The notes beneath the pieces are model-generated. The model searched no databases. It was given only the letters and a program-made list of their open reading frames with translations, and was not told the origin of the DNA. The position numbers and the translations under genes were made by a program. From Gemmatimonadota bacterium (lineage in GTDB: Bacteria > Gemmatimonadota > Gemmatimonadetes > Palauibacterales > Palauibacteraceae): a stretch of 64,000 nucleotides of DNA. The stretch spans positions 1,230-65,229 of the forward strand of contig JBDHAD010000034.1 of the NCBI GenBank assembly GCA_039588215.1, given 5' to 3'. Of this stretch, positions 1 through 9,267 are shown piece by piece (within the stretch, counting starts at the first letter, position 1; every line of letters starts with the position of its first letter).

Positions 1-2769
1 ACGGCTCGTCTCGCGGAGACCGCCGAGACCGAACCTGAGCTATATGAGCCCCTGCGGCGGTTGCTCGCGGCGAGCAACAGGACCGATGAGCTGCTGGGCC
101 GTCTCGAGGATCTGATCTCGCATCCTCCCGATCTTGCAGCAGCTCCGGCGACGCACCAGACCTCGCCCGTCCCGGACCCCCACGGACTCATCGGACGCAC
201 CATCTCTCACTACGAGGTGGTCGACCTCATGGGGGCCGGAGGGATGGGCGTGCTGTACAAGGCGGTCGATACGCGACTCTCCCGCACGGTGGCCCTGAAG
301 TTCCTCCCGCCGCAGTGGGGTCTCGATGAGACGTTCAAGAAGCGCTTCCTGAGAGAGGCGCGGGCGGCCGCGGCGCTCGACGACACCAACGTCTGCACGA
401 TTCACCAGATCGGCGAGACGGAAGACGGGCGGCTGTTCATCGCGATGCCGTTCTACGAAGGGGAAACCTTGCGGGACAAGATCGCCCGCGGTCCGCTCGA
501 GGTGGAAGAGGCTCTGGACCTCGCGCGGCAGGCAGCGCGAGGGCTAGCGGTGGCCCACGGTGAAGGATTGATCCACCGCGACATCAAGCCTGGAAACCTT
601 ATCGTCCCGGATGGAGGCGCGCTCAAGATCCTCGACTTCGGGGTGGCGAAGACGGACGAGACGGCGCTGACGGACGTCGGGGTGCGCCTTGGCACGCCAG
701 CTTACATGTCCCCTGAACAGACCCGCGGCGAGGACCTGGACGAGCAGACCGACTTCTGGTCCCTGGGCGTGGTCCTGTACGAGATGCTCACGGGTCGTCC
801 CCCCTTCCGCGGGGACAACCACAGTACCGTAATCCACGCCATCCGACACGACCAGCCAGAAGCGCCGGAGCGCTTGCGGGACGACATTCCAGCCGATGTC
901 ATCACGCTCGTTCGGGGGCTCCTCAGCAAGGACCCGGCGGGTCGGCGGGAGGCAGCGGCGCAGCTGACCGGTCAGCCGAGCCCGTCCCGCGAGGTCCGGG
1001 CGGACGGACCGTGGAGGCTCTTTCACGAGATCCACCAACGCTCTCTATGGCAGGTGCTGGGGGTCTACCTGGGCGGCGCCTGGCTGACGCTGTCGGCGGT
1101 GGACATGCTCGAAGGCGCCCTCAACCTGCCCGAATGGGCGTCCCCGCTGGCCCCCGTTATGCTTATCGCCGGCCTTCTGGTCGTCGTGGCAACCGCGTTC
1201 GTGCAGGGAGGGGTCGGCGCGGCGAGAGGGCACACACCGCAGCCGCCGGTTGTCCGCGGCTCTGCATCTCGGAGTGTCCTTACGTGGCGCAACACGCTCT
1301 TCGGTGGGATCACGGCCGCTCTCGTCTGGGCGGGAGTCGCGATCGGCTGGCTCCTGTTCGGCGGGCGACCCGGCCCGGGCGTGGGAGCGCCAACCGACAC
1401 CGACTCCGCGCTGCGATCGCGTCCGCCGTCACTGGCCGTGCTGCCGCTCAAGAACTACTCGGAGAGTCCGGGGCAGGATTACCTCGCCGATGGAATGACG
1501 GATGAGTTAATCACTACGTTGACGAAGATCGAGGCGCTGCGGGTGATCGCTCACCAGTCCGTACGACGCTTCAAAGACTCCGAGCTATCCGTGCGCGAGA
1601 TCGCGGACTCGTTGGGAGTGACACACGTGGTGGGCGGATCCGTGCTGCGGGACGGAGAGCAGGTGCGGATCACGGCCAGTCTGATCGATGCAGAGACCGA
1701 CACTCCGATATGGGAGGATCGCTTTCAGCGGGGACTGGGCGACGTGATGGCGCTGCAGCGCGAGGTGGCGCTGGCGATCGCGCGGGAGATCGAGATCACA
1801 CTTACGCCAGAGGATGAGGCACGCCTCGGGTACGCTTCGGAGGTCGATCCGGAAGCATTCGATTTCTACGTGAAGGGGACGCAGGCGCGGTACAAACTGA
1901 CCCCGGAGGCATTCGAAGAGGCGGCGGCCTACTTCGAGCAAGCCATCGCGCAGGACTCCAGCTATGCACCGGCCTGGGCCGGGTTGGCCTGGGTGCTCCC
2001 GTCCCGGGGAAAGGACGCGTATCGAGCGAGCGAGTACGCGGAAAGGGCGGTCGAGCTGGATCCGGGCTCGGCCGAGGCCCATGTCGCGCTCGGACTGATC
2101 CGAGAGTTCCACGACTGGGACTGGGTGGGCGCGGGAGAGGCCTTCCGGCAAGCAATCCGGCGGAATCCTGGGCATGCGGAGGCCCATCTCGAGTTGAGTA
2201 TGCTCCTGATGCGGCTGAAGCGGTTCGACGAGGCGCTGCGTGAGGCGCAGCAGGCGCTGTACCTGGCCCCCATGTCGGCGCGCTTCGAGATGGGCCTGGG
2301 GCAGGTCTATCATTTCAGTGGCCGCTACGACGAAGCGCTGGAAACGGCGGTGAGGGCCCGTGACCTGGATTCGGATTCGTATTTTCCTTACCTGCTCTCG
2401 GGATGGGCGTTTGCAGAGCTGGGACAGTATGAGACGGCGGTTGAGGCATTCAACAACGCCAGGGCACTCGGGTGCGACTGCCTTTCAGATCTCGGATACG
2501 TCCATGCCGTCTCGGGCAGGCGCGCGGAGGCCCTGACGCTTCTCGAAACGTTGGAAGCTAATATGAGAAGGGAGGAAGCATCTGCCCCCTATGACATTGC
2601 GGTCGTCTATGCGGGACTCGGAGACCGGGAACAAGCTCTCGACTGGCTGGAGCGGACGGTCGAGAGCGGGGCGCCGGGACTTGGGATCTACTTGGGCATC
2701 GACCTCCGACTCCGCTCCCTGCACGAGGAGCCGCGCTTTCAGGCCCTGCTCGAAGAGGTGGGACTCTAA
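1..2769 (+). CDS. Ser/Thr protein kinase with TM segments, a periplasmic LPL-N-type sensor module and C-terminal TPR repeats. The 5' end is probably outside the window.
   Basis: Frame 1 is open from base 1. Kinase motifs are present: GAGGMGVLYKA, HRDIKPGN, DFG, and APE-like YMSPEQ. Hydrophobic segments follow, then TPR-like repeats up to the stop at 2769. Confidence 0.85.
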   Translation, partial: TARLAETAETEPELYEPLRRLLAASNRTDELLGRLEDLISHPPDLAAAPATHQTSPVPDPHGLIGRTISHYEVVDLMGAGGMGVLYKAVDTRLSRTVALKFLPPQWGLDETFKKRFLREARAAAALDDTNVCTIHQIGETEDGRLFIAMPFYEGETLRDKIARGPLEVEEALDLARQAARGLAVAHGEGLIHRDIKPGNLIVPDGGALKILDFGVAKTDETALTDVGVRLGTPAYMSPEQTRGEDLDEQTDFWSLGVVLYEMLTGRPPFRGDNHSTVIHAIRHDQPEAPERLRDDIPADVITLVRGLLSKDPAGRREAAAQLTGQPSPSREVRADGPWRLFHEIHQRSLWQVLGVYLGGAWLTLSAVDMLEGALNLPEWASPLAPVMLIAGLLVVVATAFVQGGVGAARGHTPQPPVVRGSASRSVLTWRNTLFGGITAALVWAGVAIGWLLFGGRPGPGVGAPTDTDSALRSRPPSLAVLPLKNYSESPGQDYLADGMTDELITTLTKIEALRVIAHQSVRRFKDSELSVREIADSLGVTHVVGGSVLRDGEQVRITASLIDAETDTPIWEDRFQRGLGDVMALQREVALAIAREIEITLTPEDEARLGYASEVDPEAFDFYVKGTQARYKLTPEAFEEAAAYFEQAIAQDSSYAPAWAGLAWVLPSRGKDAYRASEYAERAVELDPGSAEAHVALGLIREFHDWDWVGAGEAFRQAIRRNPGHAEAHLELSMLLMRLKRFDEALREAQQALYLAPMSARFEMGLGQVYHFSGRYDEALETAVRARDLDSDSYFPYLLSGWAFAELGQYETAVEAFNNARALGCDCLSDLGYVHAVSGRRAEALTLLETLEANMRREEASAPYDIAVVYAGLGDREQALDWLERTVESGAPGLGIYLGIDLRLRSLHEEPRFQALLEEVGL

Positions 2770-2839
2770 GCAAACCCTTTCTAGCTACGTCGCAAGCGCT
2801 CGGGGTCGCTGTTCGCCTCTCTTCACGTCAAACATCTAG

Positions 2840-3117
2840 ATGCACGAAAGCCCGCATGGTTGCGGGCTTTCTCGTAATCGGGGCGGCGAGATGGCCTGCG
2901 ATCGCTCCGCGATCCGGCGATCTCCCGCCATGTACATCCAGGTCACACGGTGCAGCATATCAGGGCGGCGAGATTCAAACTCGCGACCTCCTGAACCCCA
3001 TTCAACCGGCGCAGCACGCATACACGTCGATACACTTCAGCACACACCGATTGGGCCGTTTTGACCTCCGTACACTTCCGTACAAACCTGCACACTCTGT
3101 GACAGCTAGCGTGACAG
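2840..3117 (-). repeat. Junction repeat J1: hairpin, a ~70-bp minihelix module, tRNA-Pro(GGG) 3'-half copy (2 substitutions), and an arm of 10-bp iterons ending in GTGACAG
   Basis: Aligns by eye with the repeats at 5018, 15014, 17961, 19234 and 23106, and with the tRNA-Pro 3' half at 26328. The GGGGCGGCGAGAT segment occurs twice (2880 and 2963). Confidence 0.85.
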
Positions 3118-3339
3118 TTCGATAGCTCTCGCTTCCCTGCTAGAGAGCCAAGCTCCAGGTTGCGTCACTCCCCCTGGCATACCGATACTACGGCCGGTGG
3201 CTCCTGAATCGCCGGGCGTTCTCTTCACGTAGCGTCCACGCTTCGGGGGTACCTCTCGAAGGAAAACCCCGTGGAGGTTGTCCTTCTCATCTCATCTGCT
3301 CGCATCTCGCGGTTGCAGATCATCATCAGGAGCGACGAC

Positions 3340-3951
3340 ATGACTGAATGGTGGTGGAAGGCCGATTACTACGAGACGTGCAACTGCGCCTACGGGTGCC
3401 CATGCAACCTGAGCTCGTTGCCCAGCGACGGCACCTGCAAGGCGATCGATGCGTGGCACATCCGCGAGGGCATGGCAGGCGATGTCCGCCTCGACGGCTT
3501 GAGCATCGCGCTCCTGTGTCACTGGCCCAATCCCATTCACGAGGGCAACGGCTCTATCGTCGTGTACATCGACGAACGCGCCGACGAGGCGCAGCGCGAG
3601 GCGCTCGCAGCCATCTGTGCGGGGGATGCCGGACCGGGGGGGCCATTCGAGATCTTCGCTGGCACGTGCACGGAGCCACCGAGGGTCGTCTACGGCCCCA
3701 TTACGCTCGAGCGCAATGGCAAGAGCGCGACCATGCGTTGTGGAGACCTGGGGCGAGCCGATCTCGGTCCGGTTATCTCGGCGATGGATGGCTCCGAGGC
3801 GGACATCCGCATGGTAATGCCCGGAGGGTTCATCTGGAGTGACGGCCATATGGTCAACACGGATGTGTGCGAGGTCGATACCGGCGACTTCAGCTTCCGA
3901 TTCGCCGACTCGAGTGCCTTTCTCTCCGAGGTCGAGTACAACCTTTCCTGA
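3340..3951 (+). CDS. DUF1326-family protein
   Basis: N-terminus MTEWWWKADYYETCNCAYGCPCN is typical of DUF1326. It is followed 4 nt later by a DUF2182-like partner, which is the usual pairing. Confidence 0.7.
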   Translation: MTEWWWKADYYETCNCAYGCPCNLSSLPSDGTCKAIDAWHIREGMAGDVRLDGLSIALLCHWPNPIHEGNGSIVVYIDERADEAQREALAAICAGDAGPGGPFEIFAGTCTEPPRVVYGPITLERNGKSATMRCGDLGRADLGPVISAMDGSEADIRMVMPGGFIWSDGHMVNTDVCEVDTGDFSFRFADSSAFLSEVEYNLS

Positions 3952-3955
3952 ACCC

Positions 3956-4750
3956 GTGGCACCGCTCCCGATCGAAGCCGTCCTGAGGCGCGATCGCGCG
4001 ATCATCCTGGCCGGTCTGGTCCTCATCTCGGTCTGGGCCTGGGCCTACACCGTGAACCAGGCCGCACGGATGGGCGACGGGGGGCTGACCACCGCTGCGG
4101 GTGCATCCATGGCGATGCCTGCCATGCAGGCGTGGACGGTGGGCGAAGCCCTGCTGGTCTTCGTCATGTGGGTCGTAATGATGGTGGCGATGATGGTCCC
4201 GTCCGCAACGCCCATGTTGCTGCTGTTCGCGACCACCAACCGAAAGCGGCGCCGGGAGGATAGGCCGTTCGTTCCAACCGGGCTCTTCCTGATCGGCTAC
4301 CTCGCCATCTGGGGTGGATTCAGCGCCCTGGCGACCACAGGACAGTGGGCTTTGCATTCGGCGGCTCTGCTGTCACCGATGATGGTGAGCACCAGCCCGC
4401 TCCTCGGCGGCAGCTTGCTGGTCGCGGCCGGAGTGTTTCAATGGACCCCGCTGAAGCACAGCTGCCTGCACCATTGCCGCTCGCCCATCAGTTTTCTGAC
4501 CACGCACTGGCGCGAGGGGCGGGCGGGGGCCTTCTACTTGGGTCTGCACCACGGCGCCTACTGCCTCACCTGTTGTTGGTTGCTGATGTGCCTGCTCTTT
4601 GTGACCGGGATCATGAACCTGCTGTGGGTCGCCATCATCGCCGGCCTCGTGCTCGCCGAGAAGGTCCTGCCCGCCGTCGTGGCGCCGTGGTTGGCACGAT
4701 GCGCCGGTGTGCTTCTCGTGGGGTGGGGCGCCTGGTTGATCCTGGTATAG
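3956..4750 (+). CDS. DUF2182-family integral membrane protein (putative metal-binding)
   Basis: GTG start just after the DUF1326 stop. Several hydrophobic helices. Contains HHCRSP and HHGAYCLTCCW motifs. Confidence 0.65.
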   Translation: MAPLPIEAVLRRDRAIILAGLVLISVWAWAYTVNQAARMGDGGLTTAAGASMAMPAMQAWTVGEALLVFVMWVVMMVAMMVPSATPMLLLFATTNRKRRREDRPFVPTGLFLIGYLAIWGGFSALATTGQWALHSAALLSPMMVSTSPLLGGSLLVAAGVFQWTPLKHSCLHHCRSPISFLTTHWREGRAGAFYLGLHHGAYCLTCCWLLMCLLFVTGIMNLLWVAIIAGLVLAEKVLPAVVAPWLARCAGVLLVGWGAWLILV

Positions 4751-5017
4751 GGACTCGCTGGCGAACCGCTGTTTCCGAATCAGGTGTCTCGCGCGCGCGC
4801 GAACGTCCAGCGGGAGGTGTTACGAGCCATCGCTGCCAGCCGCTCCCCCGTCTTCCCACACCGAGAGATCAGACGTGGGTGCACCTGACGGCGGCCTGCA
4901 TATCTTCAGTTGCCAGGTATGGGCGCGGCGATGGGTGGTTGAAGCGTTTGATATGGTGAAGCGGCTCGTCTCTGTGACAACGTAGTCAAGTTGGGAGGCT
5001 TACCGAGAGGTCCTTGC

Positions 5018-5215
5018 ATGCACGAAAGCCCACGATCCACGTGGGCTTTCGGCGCAATCGGGGCGGCGAGATTCGAACTCGCGACCTCCTGAACCCCATT
5101 CAAGCGGCGCAGCACCCGTACACTTCGATACACTTCCGTACACACCGATTTCGGCGTTTTGACTTCCGTACACTTCCGTACACTCCTGCTCACTCTGTGA
5201 CAGCTAGCGTGACAG
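5018..5215 (-). repeat. Junction repeat J2 (canonical form): hairpin, 46-nt tRNA-Pro 3' half, and 5 copies of the CGTACACTTC-type iteron ending in GTGACAG-N5-GTGACAG
   Basis: Positions 5057-5102 are identical to 26326-26371, which is the tRNA-Pro 3' part plus flank. The hairpin stem has compensatory changes relative to other copies. Confidence 0.9.
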
Positions 5216-5627
5216 TTTGCTGGCGGTGTGATCGGCTGGCACCGGCTGACGGGTCCGGTGCGTCCAGCACACGCTCACGCGGCGTGCGCTGAGCACTCTC
5301 CCCAGAGGTGGCCGTACTTGCACTGGGTGCGTCTGCGGCACGATCCCGACACGGTAGAACTCTAGGTTCCCGCCGTTCTGCTTTCCCTGCGACGCCTTGC
5401 AAAGGTCGTGTCCGGCACGTTATGGATATTCCGGGCGGCAACTCCCGATCACGCCAGGATTTTCCCGCAACGCATCCTCAGGCGACGAGCGGCACAACGC
5501 CGTTTGTCGATCCTTTTCTGAATAGGCCGACCACTTGATAGGCAAGTATTCGGCTTCGCTCGGTGGGTGGGCCACCGCTCGAGGGGTGGACGGGAAGACG
5601 AAAGCCCAAGCAGCCCTGGAGGTCCAA

Positions 5628-7397
5628 ATGCGCTGCGCTCGGTTACTCCTCTGTCTCTTGCTGGCGTGTCTCATCGTTCCCGAGGTGGCCGCCCCTCAGG
5701 AACAAGATCAGCCGACCAAGTTCCAGATCTCGCTTCCAGAGGGAGCCGAGATCTGGAACAACTGGTACTACGCGGAGCTGGCGATCTCACCAGACGGGCG
5801 GTACGTGGTCTTCACCAACCGGGGCGAGAGCCCGCCACGCCTATACCGGAGAGACTTGCGTGAAGGTACGACGATCGCGATCCCCGGTATCGATCGTGGA
5901 GCGGTGCCGTTCTTTTCTGCAGACGGGCGATGGGTCGCGTTCGTAGCGCAGGGCAAACTGAAGAAGATCCCGGTCGAAGGCGGGGAGCCTGTCGACCTCG
6001 CGGACATAGAGAACTTCTTTGGCGGCGCCTGGGGTCCGGACGGAACGATCGTGTATGCCCCGGAGCCCGGGGGTGGACTGTACAAAGTCGCGGCCACGGG
6101 AGGGCCGCGGGAGCGGCTGACCGAGCGGGGGTGGTATCCGTCCTTTCTCCCCGATGGCCGCTCCGTGCTCTTCAACACCTGGGAGCTGGGGCCCACCAGC
6201 ACGATTGCCGTCCTGGACCTACACACCGGACAGACCGATCACTTACCGATCGCCGGGCGCGCCCCACAGTACGTCGCCTCTGGTCACCTTCTCTTCGGGC
6301 GGGATCTCGATCTCTACGCTGCCGCCTTCGACCCCGCGACTCGAGAGGTCGGCGAAGCACGGCCCATCGTTCGCGGGGTCGGCACCGGCATCGAGCCACC
6401 GCGGCAATTCGCGGTTTCCGAGAACGGAACCCTCGTATACATCGCCGGCGGTAAGGCGCTCCCATCTGAGCCCGTGCGCGTGGATCTCGAAGGCTCGGTT
6501 ACGGCACTTGGGATGCCACCCGCGTACTATGTAATTCCCCGTCAATCACCCGACGGGTCTATGATCGCCCTCGACATTCGAGCCCCCGACAAACGTGACG
6601 TGTGGGTCGTGGACGCCACGGGTGGGGAGCCTCGCGCACTCACATCGGATGGCGATAGTTGGCTCGTCGACTGGCTGTCGGACGATGAAGTTCTCATCTG
6701 GAGGGGGCCGAACCCCGGCACCATCCAGGCCCTTCCAGTCACACCCGGGGGTACGCCGCGCGATCTTGTTTCTGCGGCGGAAAAGGGTCTCGACTGGATT
6801 ACCGTTGACGGCATAACCCCTGACGGGGGCAGCCTCGTGGGTCGCGTTCCTTCACAGGGTGAGGGCAATAGCGACATCGCCCTGTTTGACCTCGGGGGCG
6901 ACGGAGAGATCGAGGTGCTCGCCGGCTCGACCGAGCCTGGGGTCGAGCACCACACGGGGACTGTCTCGCCAGACGGGCGGTGGCTCGCCTACGTGACCGA
7001 CAAGTCCGGCAACCGCGAGGTTCACGTCATGCCTTTCTCGGGGCCCAGCCCCGATCGCATGGTGTCCGGTGCGGCGAGCGGGTGGGCCACCTACCCGCAC
7101 TGGTCCCCCGATAGTCGTGGCATCTACTACCGTCAGGGCGGCCGGATGTGGTTCGCCGAGATCGGGACCAACCCTGAGGAGCCCATTACCGAGCAGCGCT
7201 CACTCTTCGAGATCCCCGACGACATCTTCTCGGGAAGTGGCAACTACACCTTCTCCAACTTCGATCTGGCGCCGGACGGCCAGTCGTTCCTGATGCTCCG
7301 GGGTGTCGGTGAGTGGCAACCACCGAAGCACATCAGCGGCCTCACGAACTTGTTCGGCGCTATCGAGGCCGCATTCGTTGACGCAGCCCCGGACTGA
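5628..7397 (+). CDS. Secreted TolB-like beta-propeller (WD40-like) repeat protein
   Basis: Signal peptide MRCARLLLCLLLACLIV. Recurrent SPDGRxxxF, SADGRWVAF and PDG repeats, as in TolB-type propellers. Confidence 0.75.
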   Translation: MRCARLLLCLLLACLIVPEVAAPQEQDQPTKFQISLPEGAEIWNNWYYAELAISPDGRYVVFTNRGESPPRLYRRDLREGTTIAIPGIDRGAVPFFSADGRWVAFVAQGKLKKIPVEGGEPVDLADIENFFGGAWGPDGTIVYAPEPGGGLYKVAATGGPRERLTERGWYPSFLPDGRSVLFNTWELGPTSTIAVLDLHTGQTDHLPIAGRAPQYVASGHLLFGRDLDLYAAAFDPATREVGEARPIVRGVGTGIEPPRQFAVSENGTLVYIAGGKALPSEPVRVDLEGSVTALGMPPAYYVIPRQSPDGSMIALDIRAPDKRDVWVVDATGGEPRALTSDGDSWLVDWLSDDEVLIWRGPNPGTIQALPVTPGGTPRDLVSAAEKGLDWITVDGITPDGGSLVGRVPSQGEGNSDIALFDLGGDGEIEVLAGSTEPGVEHHTGTVSPDGRWLAYVTDKSGNREVHVMPFSGPSPDRMVSGAASGWATYPHWSPDSRGIYYRQGGRMWFAEIGTNPEEPITEQRSLFEIPDDIFSGSGNYTFSNFDLAPDGQSFLMLRGVGEWQPPKHISGLTNLFGAIEAAFVDAAPD

Positions 7398-7628
7398 GAG
7401 CTGCCGAGCAGCTGCGGACCCGGCATGGGGCCTTCAGCGCACGAGATGCTGCGTGGAGGAGCCCGTTACTATGGACCTGCCCTGTGGGCCCCCGGCCTGT
7501 CAGCCCACAGCCGTGGCGGGCTCGACGTCTCTCCATGCTCCCGTCTACACTGCGGAAAGGGAGACCCGAAACTCCGTTTTGCCCGCAGCCTACTGCCACG
7601 GCGTCCGACCGTGTGAAAGGAGCCCCCG

Positions 7629-8003
7629 ATGGATGACAGAGACGTCTCAGCGATTCATGGCATGATCGAACCGTGGACCCAGGCATGCCTGGACGGCGAC
7701 TGGGATGCACTCCTCGGCATGTGCAACGAGGATATCGTGTTCATGCCCCCCGGCGAGCCCTCCGTGAGCGGTGACGCGGTCCGCCCCTGGCTGGATGGGC
7801 TCTTGATCCGAAGCATGACGTGGAGCATCGATCAGATCGAGGTCCGCGGTGACCTGGCGTACCTGAAAGGTCCGGTCGAGGAGGTCCTCGAGATCGACGG
7901 ACAGGAAGAGCGCTTCAACGGGAAGTACAGCGATCTAATGCGAAGAGGGGCCGACGGCATGTGGCGCTTTTCGGTCATCATGTGGAACTCGGACGAGTCC
8001 TGA
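7629..8003 (+). CDS. SnoaL-like / DUF4440 (NTF2-fold) protein
   Basis: 124 aa. The pattern ...WTQACLDGDWDALLGMCNEDIVFMPPG... is typical of the NTF2-like fold. Confidence 0.6.
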   Translation: MDDRDVSAIHGMIEPWTQACLDGDWDALLGMCNEDIVFMPPGEPSVSGDAVRPWLDGLLIRSMTWSIDQIEVRGDLAYLKGPVEEVLEIDGQEERFNGKYSDLMRRGADGMWRFSVIMWNSDES

Positions 8004-8078
8004 AGTAGAGGGAGACGACGGACGAGCGCATCGACAGGCTAGATCGGTGGGTACGGTGGTGGGTCCGACCGAGGCTAC

Positions 8079-9122
8079 CTAGCTGTGCGTCGCAAGGACG
8101 TTGCTCACCCTGAGCTTGACGAGGCGCTGGAAAGGCGTCCGCCGTCCGATGCCGGCATGCTTTCGGGTGAGATTGTATTAGCGTAGCCAGGCCCGCAGCA
8201 TCTTCGTCCGTTCCCTCGAGTGGTGATAGGGCCGACCACAGGCCCACTCCTCCGCCGAGGTGCGGATGAAGCGCTCCACCTTGCCATTCGTTCGGGGCGT
8301 GTACGGCCGGGTAAACAGGTGACGGATCCCAAGCTCGCGCAGCGTCCGCCCGAAGAGCTTCGATCGATACCCCGGGCCATTGTCCGTCATGAGCTGTGCG
8401 ATCTTCACCCCCTGGCACTCGAAGAAGGCCACCACGCGAAGGAGGAACGCCGTCACGTCTTCCTTGCGCTCGCTCTCCAAGACCTCCCCATAGGCCACAC
8501 GGCTCGCGTCGTCGATCGCGGCGTGGTAAGACTCCCAGCCCACGCCCAGGCTTCGCTGACTTCGGTCGCCGTGGATCCGGTGTCCAATGCGCTCGATCCG
8601 CGCCAGCTTCTTAATATCCATGTGCACCAGCGAGCCGGGCCGGGACCGCTCGTATCGGACCACCGGAACCGGAGGGGCCAGTCTCGAGAGCCGGTTCAGC
8701 CCCAACCGCCTCACCTCCACCGTCACCGTTGAGACCGGCATCTTGAGGTGATCGGCGATCCGGGGGCTGCTCCACCGCTTCCGCCTGAGCCGCTCGATCT
8801 GCCGACGACGCGCTCGCGGGATCCGTCTCGGGTGTCGGTGTGGCCTCGAGCTCCGGTCCTCCAGCCCCACCTCTCCCTCCTCCCGGTAGCGCTTGAGCCA
8901 TTTGAACGCCGTCCGCCGGCTCACGCCCATCTCCCGGGCCACCACCTCCGCACGCTCCCCTGTCTCAATCCTCCTGACCAGCAGGGCTCGCCCCGCAGGC
9001 GTCAGCTTCGCATTCTTGTGCACGTTCACCGGATCCCCCGACGAGTAGGTTGTGAAGGCTTCGAACACCTCCAGCTTACTCGTCGGCTTCCGGTGAACAA
9101 CCATCCTGTGACTTAGACCTAG
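8079..9122 (-). mobile_element. IS481-family insertion sequence (~1.04 kb)
   Basis: Contains the transposase ORF. CTAG is present at both proposed ends (8079-8082 and 9119-9122). Weak terminal inverted repeats match at 12 of 19 positions including CTAG. The boundaries are tentative. Confidence 0.55.
8178..9029 (-). CDS. IS481-family DDE transposase (HTH plus integrase core)
   Basis: The N-terminus VNVHKNAKLTPAGRALLVRR, then SRRTAFKWLKRYREEG, RSSRPHRHPRR, and the catalytic core (HMDIKKL, TDNG, RPYTPRTNGKVERF) are classic IS481/IS3-like features. Confidence 0.9.
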   Translation of the reverse strand: MNVHKNAKLTPAGRALLVRRIETGERAEVVAREMGVSRRTAFKWLKRYREEGEVGLEDRSSRPHRHPRRIPRARRRQIERLRRKRWSSPRIADHLKMPVSTVTVEVRRLGLNRLSRLAPPVPVVRYERSRPGSLVHMDIKKLARIERIGHRIHGDRSQRSLGVGWESYHAAIDDASRVAYGEVLESERKEDVTAFLLRVVAFFECQGVKIAQLMTDNGPGYRSKLFGRTLRELGIRHLFTRPYTPRTNGKVERFIRTSAEEWACGRPYHHSRERTKMLRAWLR

Positions 9123-9267
9123 CCGTCTCGTGCGTCCCGGACCGGGCCGGGGAGGGCGTGGAAGGCGACCACCGACCTGCTCGCCTATCTGGTCGAGACG
9201 TACGGCGACAAGGAGGAGGGAGAGCCGTGAGCCCCACCCTCCTCGCCGTCACATACGGCTGGCTTCG

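Noticed and set aside
2856-3125. A family of ORFs running through the junction repeats (also 5014-5292, 14802-15137, 19162-20361 and 26305 onward). They encode a recurring peptide of the form GGEIRTRDLLNPIQAAQHPYTSIHF...RFDFRTLPY.PAHSVTASVTV.
   Set aside because: The conservation is at the nucleotide level. The segment is the reverse complement of a tRNA 3' half. Copies differ by non-triplet indels, such as the 20-nt deletion in J4 and the 48-nt loop insertions. The ORFs have no consistent start, and their ends vary.
3839-3955. An upstream extension of the DUF2182 ORF that overlaps DUF1326 by 113 nt.
   Set aside because: The extension is out of frame with, and inside, the well-supported DUF1326 gene. 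A GTG at 3956, right after the DUF1326 stop, gives the family-typical N-terminus.
5159-5190. The conserved TTGAC(T/C) inside the junction arm might be a -35 box driving the downstream cargo gene.
   Set aside because: No convincing -10 hexamer lies at 16-18 nt spacing in any copy, and cargo genes are on either strand. The idea is left as untested.
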